This document shows, piece after piece, positions 46,052-53,470 of a stretch of DNA of 64,000 nt (position 1 is the first letter of the stretch; each line of letters begins with the position of its first letter). The DNA is from Bacteroidales bacterium (GTDB lineage Bacteria > Bacteroidota > Bacteroidia > Bacteroidales > GCA-2748055): contig JARGFM010000005.1 in NCBI GenBank assembly GCA_029210725.1, forward strand, positions 89,805 through 153,804. Direction: 5' to 3'. The notes under the pieces are model-generated. The model made no database searches. It was not told the origin of the DNA and worked only from the letters and a program-made list of their open reading frames with translations. Made by a program: the position numbers and the translations under genes.

Positions 46052-49005
46052 TAACGGGGATCGGGTTTGTAAGGGAGCCTGGCCATCTTTTCGACAGTCA
46101 TCCCGGGAAATCCGAACTCTTCTGTAATTTCACCATAAAGCAGGTAAATGCCGTCCCCCCGGTAAGGGTAACGCTTCAGGGAATCAGGAAAGTTGACCAC
46201 ATCAAAAAATTCACCTTCCACATCCAGAAAAGTGCCGAAGTTCATCCATTGCTTCTGTTTGGTACGCACGTGCTTCACCGTTACCAGATTCCCGATCATG
46301 CGCACCTTTTTGCCCACCTTTCCCATCATCTGATGCGAAAGTATCTCTCCCCTAAAACTAGTCTGAAGCAGCTCAAAAGCGGGGATACTCACTGTAAATC
46401 CGAGGATTTCCAGCTCATCGTAACTGTTCTCCAGAGAGGTCTGCTCCAGTCCGGGCAGGGTGAATTCCCGCTTCTGCACCGGAAATAATTCTCTCACAAG
46501 GTCCCTTTTCCTGCGCTTTCCAAGCAGCAGATGGGCATCCCACAGCAGCTCTTTTTTGCTCTTCCCGGTAAAGCGAAGTGCAGAGACCCGGATCAGGATA
46601 ATGACCTGCTCCAGACCCAGGGGCACACGCTCCAGGAAATCTTCCAGGCTTTGATACTCTCCATGTTGCTCTCTCTCCCGGGTAATTATCTCCGCTGCCA
46701 GCTGCTCCAGGCTCTGAATATGAATAAAGCCGATGAAAATATCCTTATTGCTTATGGACGTTTTATAATCGCTCCTGTTGACGCAGGGCAGGTGGATAAT
46801 GCCTCCCCAGCGGCGTGCTTCATTAAAATAGACCCAGGTCCGGTAATATCCCCCGAAATTATTGATGACCGCAGTCATGAACTCCAGGGGATAGTGGGCC
46901 TTCAGGTAGAGCGACTGGAAGCTCTCCACCGCAAATGAGGCCGAATGGGCCTTGGAAAATGAATAAGCGGCAAAAGAGCTGATCTGTCGCCACACCTCCC
47001 GGGTCAGACTGTCGGGATAGCCCCTCTGCCGGCAATTTTCGAAAAAGCGATCCGCGATCCGGTCAAATTCCTTTCGGGACCGGTACTTCCCGCTCATAGC
47101 CCTTCGAAGCACATCCGCATCGGCCAGGTCGAGGCCGGCAAAATGGTGACAAATCCTGATCACATCCTCCTGGTAGACCATCACCCCGAAGGTCTCCTTT
47201 AACTGCTCTTCCATAATGGGATGGAGGTATTCAAAGGAGCCGGGGTGATGGAACCTGTGGATATATTCACGCATCATCCCGGATTGTGCCACACCCGGAC
47301 GGATGATGGAACTGGCGGCCACCAGGGTGCGGTAACTGTCACAGCGAAGTTTGGTGAGTAATCCGCGCATAGCCGGACTCTCAATATAAAAACAGCCATT
47401 GGTTTCACCCGACTTCAGCTGTTCCAGCACCCTGTGGTCCTTTTTAAACTCATCCACCCGGTGCACATCCACTTCCAGCCCGCGGTTCCGGCGAATAATC
47501 TCTGCACACTCCTTAATATGCCCGATACCCCGCTGACTGAGTATGTCCAGTTTCTCGAAGCCCAGTGTTTCGGCCACATACATATCCCACTGGGTGGTGG
47601 GAAGCCCTTTGGGAGGCATATCCAGTGCCGTATAGGTGCTCAGGGGTTCTTCGGAGATCAGCACCCCTCCGGCATGGATGCTTCTCAGGTTGGGGAAGTC
47701 CATCAGGCGGCTTCCCACTTCAAAAATATTCCGGGTAATGTGATTCTCATTGAGAGCATTCCCGGGATCCTTTACCAGCAGGTCAATTTCTTCCTTGGGC
47801 AGTCCGTAGACCTTGCCCAGCTCCCTGAAGATGGAGCGGTCCCTGAAGGTGGAGATAGTCCCGATCAATGCCGTATGTTTGCGCCCGTACCTTTTAAAGA
47901 TATAGTCGAGCACCTCATCCCGTTCCTTCCACGAAAAATCGATATCAAAATCGGGGGGGCTGGTCCTTTTAGGATTGATGAAACGCTCAAAATAAAGGTC
48001 CAGATCAATGGGATCCACATCCGTGATCCGCAAACAATAGGCCACAATGGAGTTGCCTCCGCTACCGCGTCCCACGTGGTAGAAGCCCCTGGACATGGAG
48101 TAGCGGATCACATCCCAGGTAATCAGGAAGTAGGAGGAGAAACCAAGCCTGTCAATAATCTCCAGTTCGTGCCTGATCCGCTTCAGGGCCTCCGGATTCC
48201 TGCGCCCGTAGCGATACTCCATTCCATCCATGGCCAGTTTCTCCAGCAGGACCTTGTCGTCCTGCGGGGTCCCGGTAAAGGTCTTTTTGTTCTTGACCGT
48301 GGTAAAGTCAAAATCAATCCGGCAATCCTTGACCAGCTCTTCTGTGTTCCTTCGGATATGAGGTGCTTCGTCGTAGGCACAGCGCAACAAATCCGGGGAG
48401 AGCAGAATTTCACTCTCATCTGCCATCTGGCCCGGCTTTAGCTGGCTTAGCAACATATTGTGGTCAATGGCCCTCAGATGGCGGTGCAGTGTATGGTCGC
48501 TTTTATGAAGAAAGCTTACCGGATGCCTTATCACCAGTCTGGAATGCTCCCGGCTCCAGGGCGAGGTGAAGAGCCTGTTCAGTTCCCCCGGCTTCACCCC
48601 GATGAGCTCCTGCTCATGCAGCCTGGCCCCCGCACTCTTTCCCTGCCAGGGATTATTGCTGAAATCGTATATGAACCATACATCCCCCAGGGGTGGGGCA
48701 CGTTCGGGAAGGGGCAGCCCCGAATGGTTGTGATAAGAAAGAAAACTGTTCAGCTCCCTGTAACCATGCGGGTTCCGGGCAATTCCTGTGTAAAGATACT
48801 GGTCGCCATTACGATATTCAATCCCGCCCATGGGATGAATCCCGTGCTGCTGACAGGCTCTTACAAAATCGACCATACCCGTGGAATTATTGATGTCGGT
48901 CAGGGCCAGCGTTTCGATCCCCATTCCGGCTGCATTTTCCACCAGAGTCTCCACCGCCATGGTTCCGTACCTCAGGCTATAATATGAGTGACAGTTTAAA
49001 TACAT
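46048..49005 (-). CDS. dnaE2: Error-prone DNA polymerase III alpha-subunit paralogue (DnaE2-type)
   Basis: 985 aa with an N-terminal PHP domain (YLNCHSYYSLRYG), a Pol III alpha core (SHAAGVLIS-like HAGGVLIS) and an OB-fold tail. Its start abuts the stop of the upstream Y-family polymerase gene with no spacer. Confidence 0.88.
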   Translation of the reverse strand: MYLNCHSYYSLRYGTMAVETLVENAAGMGIETLALTDINNSTGMVDFVRACQQHGIHPMGGIEYRNGDQYLYTGIARNPHGYRELNSFLSYHNHSGLPLPERAPPLGDVWFIYDFSNNPWQGKSAGARLHEQELIGVKPGELNRLFTSPWSREHSRLVIRHPVSFLHKSDHTLHRHLRAIDHNMLLSQLKPGQMADESEILLSPDLLRCAYDEAPHIRRNTEELVKDCRIDFDFTTVKNKKTFTGTPQDDKVLLEKLAMDGMEYRYGRRNPEALKRIRHELEIIDRLGFSSYFLITWDVIRYSMSRGFYHVGRGSGGNSIVAYCLRITDVDPIDLDLYFERFINPKRTSPPDFDIDFSWKERDEVLDYIFKRYGRKHTALIGTISTFRDRSIFRELGKVYGLPKEEIDLLVKDPGNALNENHITRNIFEVGSRLMDFPNLRSIHAGGVLISEEPLSTYTALDMPPKGLPTTQWDMYVAETLGFEKLDILSQRGIGHIKECAEIIRRNRGLEVDVHRVDEFKKDHRVLEQLKSGETNGCFYIESPAMRGLLTKLRCDSYRTLVAASSIIRPGVAQSGMMREYIHRFHHPGSFEYLHPIMEEQLKETFGVMVYQEDVIRICHHFAGLDLADADVLRRAMSGKYRSRKEFDRIADRFFENCRQRGYPDSLTREVWRQISSFAAYSFSKAHSASFAVESFQSLYLKAHYPLEFMTAVINNFGGYYRTWVYFNEARRWGGIIHLPCVNRSDYKTSISNKDIFIGFIHIQSLEQLAAEIITREREQHGEYQSLEDFLERVPLGLEQVIILIRVSALRFTGKSKKELLWDAHLLLGKRRKRDLVRELFPVQKREFTLPGLEQTSLENSYDELEILGFTVSIPAFELLQTSFRGEILSHQMMGKVGKKVRMIGNLVTVKHVRTKQKQWMNFGTFLDVEGEFFDVVNFPDSLKRYPYRGDGIYLLYGEITEEFGFPGMTVEKMARLPYKPDPRY

Positions 49006-50265
49006 TTACCTGTACCAGTAGCGGAACCTCCGGTTCTTCAGGTTGTCAATCTGCTGGCGGTTTCCCGGAGAAGAGATGCTCAGCTCTTGCTGTGACCGGG
49101 CAATCTGTTCTTCCAGGTTGCAAAGCTGTATGCCACTGGCCCTCCGGATCGAATCGGAACCATAGCGCCTGCGCAATTTGTCCAGCGCCAGGTAGAGATG
49201 GACCATCTCCGAAGTATCTTCGAACAGGTTCAGCTGCTGAACACCCCGTACCAGTCCGGAGAAGCGAAGCCCCACCAGGCGTATCAACATACGGCGCTGA
49301 TAAAGCCGGTCAAACAACTCTCTGGCCACAGGCATCAGCACATGATCGAAGGAGGTATATGAGATCCGCTTCTGCAGAGTATGAGTATCAAAATTTGAAT
49401 AACGGATCTTCACGGTCACTATGGAGGTGAGTTTTTCCTCTTTCCGCAGCTGGAAAGCCAGCTTCTCTACCATGGAGGTGAGCAGATCGCCGAGCCCTGC
49501 GATATCCATGGTATCCTGCTGAAAGGTCCTTTCGCTCCCGATGGATTTACGCTCAGAGTACTGGACCACAGGAGCCGGATCAATGCCATTGGCCTTCTTC
49601 CAGATCACCAGACCATTCTTTCCCAGCAGGCTCTCCATCATTTCCATGGGAATCTGCCCCAGGGTACCGATAGTGGCAATACCCATGGACCGCAGAAGGT
49701 GGAAAGTGCGGTTCCCGATCATGGGCATCTTTCGAATAGAAAGAGGGAAGAGGAAGCTCTTTACATGTTCATCGGCAACCTGAATCTCCCCATTGGGTTT
49801 GGCCTCGCCGGTGGCAATCTTCGAAACCGTCTTGTTCACCGACAAACCACAGGAGATGGGCAGACCTGTCTCTTTGATAATACGCTGCCTGAGTTCATGG
49901 GTCCACTGCATGCAGCCGAAAAAGCGGTCCATTCCGGTAATATCCAGATAGTGTTCATCAATGGATGCTTTCTCATACATGGGTGCCTCTTCTGCAATAA
50001 TCTCGGTAACTATTTTTGAGTGCCTGCTATAAGCATCCATATCCCCCCTGATCACAATGGCTTCATTGCAAAGAGAGCGTGCCATCTTCATGGGCATGGC
50101 CGAATGCACTCCGAACTGCCGGGCTTCATAACTGCAGCTGGACACCACACCCCGGTCCGATATCCCCCCAATGATCACGGGCTTCCCTTCCAGCGAGCTG
50201 TTCATCAGGCGCTCCACAGATACAAAAAATGTATCCAGATCCATATGTACTACACTTCGTGTCAT
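49006..50265 (-). CDS. Y-family DNA polymerase (DinB/ImuB position of the mutagenesis cassette), catalytic carboxylates retained
   Basis: 419 aa. VHMDLDTFFVSVE and SIDEHYLDIT correspond to the DinB Asp and Asp-Glu catalytic motifs. The gene is co-oriented with and abuts dnaE2. Confidence 0.85.
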   Translation of the reverse strand: MTRSVVHMDLDTFFVSVERLMNSSLEGKPVIIGGISDRGVVSSCSYEARQFGVHSAMPMKMARSLCNEAIVIRGDMDAYSRHSKIVTEIIAEEAPMYEKASIDEHYLDITGMDRFFGCMQWTHELRQRIIKETGLPISCGLSVNKTVSKIATGEAKPNGEIQVADEHVKSFLFPLSIRKMPMIGNRTFHLLRSMGIATIGTLGQIPMEMMESLLGKNGLVIWKKANGIDPAPVVQYSERKSIGSERTFQQDTMDIAGLGDLLTSMVEKLAFQLRKEEKLTSIVTVKIRYSNFDTHTLQKRISYTSFDHVLMPVARELFDRLYQRRMLIRLVGLRFSGLVRGVQQLNLFEDTSEMVHLYLALDKLRRRYGSDSIRRASGIQLCNLEEQIARSQQELSISSPGNRQQIDNLKNRRFRYWYR

Positions 50266-50280
50266 TTTTTTTACTATATT

Positions 50281-50297
50281 TGATTAGAATATAATCA
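50281..50297. promoter_or_regulatory. Palindromic operator candidate 1 (TGATTA-N5-TAATCA)
   Basis: TGATTAGAATATAATCA has perfect 6-bp inverted arms. It lies 16 nt from the polymerase start codon and is overlapped at its left edge by a plus-strand TAnnTTTG box (tatatttg, 50275-50282). Confidence 0.6.
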
Positions 50298-50303
50298 TTA
50301 TTA

Positions 50304-50320
50304 TGATTACAATATAATCA
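50304..50320. promoter_or_regulatory. Palindromic operator candidate 2 (TGATTA-N5-TAATCA)
   Basis: TGATTACAATATAATCA has the same arms as operator 1 and sits 23 bp away centre to centre. It contains the minus-strand near-consensus -7 box TATATTGT (50316-50309), which lies 20 nt downstream of a TTTG (50340-50337). Confidence 0.6.
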
Positions 50321-50358
50321 TAGGACCTGTTTTATGCAAACATTCATACCCTTTTAAC

Positions 50359-51201
50359 ATGTATTTCGATTCAAATATTAAACTACTGAGAAAGCGTAAA
50401 AATCTCACTCAGGATGAGGTGGCCGTCAAGCTCCGGATGAAACGCTCCACCTTAAGCGGTTATGAGAACAGGGTGGCACAGCCCGGACTTGAAATACTCC
50501 TTCTCTTTTCAAATTACTACCACATTGCCATAGATACTCTGCTGAAAGTGGATCTGTCAAAACTTGGCGAGAGCCAGTTGCGACAGCTTGAGTACGGAGA
50601 AGATGTGTTCCTGAAGGGCGGCAAGCTGCGGGTGCTCGCCTCCACCATCGATGCCCATAATCAGGAGAATATTGAACTGGTTCCGGTGAAGGCACAGGCC
50701 GGATATACCAATGGCTTTGCAGATCCCGAATACATTCGTGAGCTACAGGTATTCCAGCTCCCGTTTCTCTCCAGAGAGAAGAAGTACCGGACCTTTCAGC
50801 TGCAGGGCGACTCCATGCTCCCCATCCCCGAAAAGGCGTGGGTGACCGGCGAGTACGTGGTGGACTGGAAAGGGCTGAAAACCGGGGAAGCATGTGTGGT
50901 TCTTACCATCGATGAGGGAATTGTCTTTAAGATTCTTGAAAACAGGATAGAAAAGGAAGGAAAGATGATCCTGTACTCCCTGAATCCGCTTTATGAACCC
51001 TATGTGATTCATGTGAGCGAGATCCGGGAAATCTGGAAGTTCATACATTTTATCAGTCACGAAATCCCTGAACCTATGATCCCGGAGAACCAGCTTGTTC
51101 GGACAGTGGCAAGCCTGAAACAGGATATGGAACGTATGAAGATGCTCAGTTCAATCCAAAATCATCCCCCAGAAGAGCCTCCTGCCTCCGGATCAGGCTA
51201 A
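50359..51201 (+). CDS. XRE-type HTH plus peptidase S24 repressor (LexA/CI-like)
   Basis: 280 aa. N-terminal HTH (LTQDEVAVKLRMKRSTLSGYENR), an Ala-Gly-containing linker (VKAQAGYTNGF), the S24 Ser motif LQGDSMLP and a Lys in IVFKIL. It is divergent from the polymerase operon. Confidence 0.85.
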   Translation: MYFDSNIKLLRKRKNLTQDEVAVKLRMKRSTLSGYENRVAQPGLEILLLFSNYYHIAIDTLLKVDLSKLGESQLRQLEYGEDVFLKGGKLRVLASTIDAHNQENIELVPVKAQAGYTNGFADPEYIRELQVFQLPFLSREKKYRTFQLQGDSMLPIPEKAWVTGEYVVDWKGLKTGEACVVLTIDEGIVFKILENRIEKEGKMILYSLNPLYEPYVIHVSEIREIWKFIHFISHEIPEPMIPENQLVRTVASLKQDMERMKMLSSIQNHPPEEPPASGSG

Positions 51202-51748
51202 GGTATCGAAGCTGCCCTGCCAGAAAACCTTCTCTCTGCTCAGCACCGTTCATACAAATGAATTTGTACTTTTCATCGGAAGAAAGATTTAGGGCGATGA
51301 TCACGTCTTTGCGGGTAATCACAGAATCCTGTTTTGAGCGAAGGAATTCCTGATCGTATTCTGCCCTGTATCTGTCTATCAGCTCCATGAGCTCCCGGCT
51401 TACAACAGGATCGTCACAGGGAAGGCGTTTAATACTTCCCCCTGAATACAATTTACCTTCAAGCTTCTCTCTGAAACCGGAAATTTCAACTACAGCCAGC
51501 GATTCAACAACGATTACCATGCTTCCGTCCTCTTTTTCGGCCACAACATCTTTCAAGCTGACCTCACAACCAAACTCCTGTATTTTCGATTCGATCAGAA
51601 AGGGAATAACAAATGTGCTTCCGTGGGAACGGATATCACTGATTAATTGCTTGTAACGCCGCTCAAAAATATGCAGTGGGATGTCCTCTCCGGGGAAAAG
51701 AAAAACACTTAAGGGAAAACAGGGCAATATTTCTGTTTGCTGCTCCAT
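51146..51748 (-). CDS. LON peptidase N-terminal (substrate-binding) domain protein
   Basis: 200 aa. LPCFPLSVFLFPGEDIPLHIFERRYKQLI is the Lon-N domain opening pattern. There is no ATPase or protease part. Confidence 0.75.
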   Translation of the reverse strand: MEQQTEILPCFPLSVFLFPGEDIPLHIFERRYKQLISDIRSHGSTFVIPFLIESKIQEFGCEVSLKDVVAEKEDGSMVIVVESLAVVEISGFREKLEGKLYSGGSIKRLPCDDPVVSRELMELIDRYRAEYDQEFLRSKQDSVITRKDVIIALNLSSDEKYKFICMNGAEQREGFLAGQLRYLSLIRRQEALLGDDFGLN

Positions 51749-51867
51749 GTGGTAAAACCATAAGTCTTAACAATTCATGTTTTGAATTTGTTTAACTTTT
51801 AGCTTTCCAATCAGCATTTAATTTATGATTACCTGATTTCAGCGCAAGAAGCAGACAACAAGCAAAT

Positions 51868-52593
51868 ATGTGTTTTACCATAGATATTCATCTTACAAGG
51901 AGGGCCATAGAGGAGCGGTTCAAGGTGGATAGCTCTGCCTTGTATGAGTTTGACTTCAACTACTTTTACAAAGCATTCAACAATCCCCTGATTCCCGTGA
52001 TCGCCCAGGAGGATTCTTCCAGGGTTCAGCTGATGCAATGGGGGCTGATCCCCGGCTGGTGCCGCAACATGGAGGAGGCAGAAAGAATCAGGAAAGGCAC
52101 CTACAATGCCAGGTCGGAAACTCTGCAGGAAAAACCCTCCTTCAGAGAAACACTCAACAGGGGACGCTGCCTGATTATTGCAGGTGGCTTTTTCGAATGG
52201 CAACTGCTTGATAAGGTGAGAGTCCCGTGGTATATCACCCTGAAAAACGGAGCCCCTTTTGTATTTGCCGGGTTGTGCGACAACTGGAGAGACCCCCTGT
52301 CGGGCGATATTATCAGGACTTGTTCCATTATTACCACCCGGGCAAATTCCCTGATGGAAAAGATTCATAACACCAAAAAAAGAATGCCGGTAATCCTCAG
52401 AGAGGAGACAGAGAAAGAATGGATTGAGAAAGAGCCCTCTCTCTTACAGAGAAAGAGGCTGTTGGAAGCCTGTAATGAGCTTGATTTAAAAGCACATACA
52501 GTCACACCACGCCTGTCTGCCAAAGACGCAGATCCTTCAGACCCAAGCTTGATCGAACCCTATGTTCACCTGGCTCCGGGCAGCTTGTTTTAG
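51868..52593 (+). CDS. SOS response-associated peptidase (SRAP/YedK family, abasic-site DNA-protein crosslink)
   Basis: 241 aa. It starts MC (Cys2 nucleophile) and has WGLIPGW, YNARSET, RCLIIAGGFFEW and KRMPVIL motifs. Confidence 0.88.
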   Translation: MCFTIDIHLTRRAIEERFKVDSSALYEFDFNYFYKAFNNPLIPVIAQEDSSRVQLMQWGLIPGWCRNMEEAERIRKGTYNARSETLQEKPSFRETLNRGRCLIIAGGFFEWQLLDKVRVPWYITLKNGAPFVFAGLCDNWRDPLSGDIIRTCSIITTRANSLMEKIHNTKKRMPVILREETEKEWIEKEPSLLQRKRLLEACNELDLKAHTVTPRLSAKDADPSDPSLIEPYVHLAPGSLF

Positions 52594-52743
52594 AGTTTTC
52601 CCGATAGATATCAACAAGATTGCAAGGAGACCGCAAACGATAATGTATTGTATTATAATTATATGATGAATATGTTTAACATAAGATTAACGCATTGTTA
52701 ATATCTGCTGTTCATTCAATGTTAAATTCTTCAGTGGTTTTTT

Positions 52744-52775
52744 TTTGGTGCAATGTTCGAAAGCATATATATTTG
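52744..52775 (+). promoter_or_regulatory. Bacteroidota sigma-A type promoter (TTTG-N20-TAnnTTTG)
   Basis: TTTG is at 52744-52747, followed by a 20-nt spacer and tatatttg at 52768-52775. This matches the published Bacteroides -33/-7 consensus. No ORF start follows it. Confidence 0.6.
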
Positions 52776-52779
52776 ATTC

Positions 52780-53207
52780 TACCAAGTGAGCGATAAAAGG
52801 CCACTCCGTTCTTTAAATGATTAAGTTCATTAGCTGCCAGGGCAACCTGGAAGCGTGAATATGAGTCACGGGAACAGTTAAACAGGTATTGATGCTGTTC
52901 TCCCGGTTTTCGGACCGGACTGTGAACTGGAATACCCGGATTGCTGTCAAAAGCATGAAGGGAGATTCAAAACGGAAACCGTAGTGTACCTGAAAACGCG
53001 GTGAAAGTTGTAAGCAGTTGAGCATGACGCATTGTCTATGGACAAAAGCGATGCAAGTTGTTCGATTCGTCGGGCAGCGAGAGGGAAAACAAAGTTTCGG
53101 CATTGTTTTCCGGTCATAATAACCGTAGCTTGGCGCGAATTAGAGACTACGGTATCTAACAAGCGGAATGGGAACCAGATGCAAATTTGGCTCCCATTCG
53201 TGTTTTT
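52780..53207 (+). ncRNA. Candidate structured non-coding RNA of unknown family (about 425 nt)
   Basis: The unit is bounded by the promoter above and an intrinsic terminator. Helices seen: a GNRA-capped hairpin CCAGG-GCAA-CCTGG (52837-52850); CGTGA/TCACG (52854-52870); GGGAACAG/CTGTTCuCC (52870-52903); a UUCG-capped CCGGUU/GACCGG (52903-52918); a 9-bp GGAAAACAA/TTGTTTTCC (53084-53111); and an 8-bp long-range helix 52978-52985/53146-53153. Only short Cys/Arg-rich ORFs are present. The exact 5' end is inferred, not observed. Confidence 0.55.
53166..53207 (+). terminator. Rho-independent terminator
   Basis: GAATGGGAaCCA (53166-53177) pairs with TGGcTCCCATTC (53188-53199), giving 11 bp with one mismatch. 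It is followed by GTGTTTTTA. Confidence 0.75.
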
Positions 53208-53470
53208 ATACCTCCCCGCTTCAGAAAATTCTTTTGACCAACTGCCAGTATTGAATTATCAATGATTGCTATTGTCTCTACCAATGTCCGTTTTTATGTG
53301 CGAAGAGGGTATTTTATATTAAATTAATATATCATTCGTATATTTGAAAATATGCCTCTATATCTTTAAATATCATGTTATTATCCCATACTATTTTGAT
53401 TACCTGAAATAGGTCCGATGAACAATTCCGAATCACATGCATTTTACTATAACTTTGTACGAACATAAGC

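Noticed and set aside
51822-51842. TGATTACCTGATTTCAG upstream of the SRAP gene as a possible operator copy
   Set aside because: Only the left half (TGATTAC) matches. The right arm shares 1 of 6 positions with TAATCA.
52643-52666. Mini-ORF ATG TAT TGT ATT ATA ATT ATA TGA (MYCIIII), resembling an Ile-rich attenuation leader peptide
   Set aside because: It lies in simple AT-rich sequence where ATT/ATA codons arise by chance. No alternative terminator/antiterminator structure follows it, and no ilv-type gene is downstream.
52688-52704. Inverted repeat ATTAAC-N5-GTTAAT about 45 nt upstream of the candidate RNA promoter; considered as a third repressor operator
   Set aside because: Its arms and spacing differ from the TGATTA-N5-TAATCA sites, and a 6-bp AT-rich palindrome in AT-rich DNA is weak evidence on its own.
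52780-53207. Known RNA identities for the structured region: tmRNA, cobalamin riboswitch, second RNase P RNA, group II intron
   Set aside because: There is no tRNA-like acceptor pairing of the 5' and 3' ends, no ...UCCACCA end, and no tag reading frame, so it is not tmRNA. GGCCACTCC at 52799 only loosely resembles a B12 box, and the element is followed by its own terminator and about 260 nt of AT-rich DNA rather than a transporter gene. The GGAGGAAAGUCCGGGC core is absent here and present at 35510. No domain V-like GAGC...GUAC...GUUC hairpin is seen. I could not run Rfam, so other known families remain possible.
52813-53265. Three short ORFs (96, 71 and 77 aa) inside the candidate RNA region
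   Set aside because: They overlap each other on both strands and are rich in Cys, Arg and Thr. None is positioned behind the promoter at 52744-52775. The region is better explained by RNA helices and a terminator.
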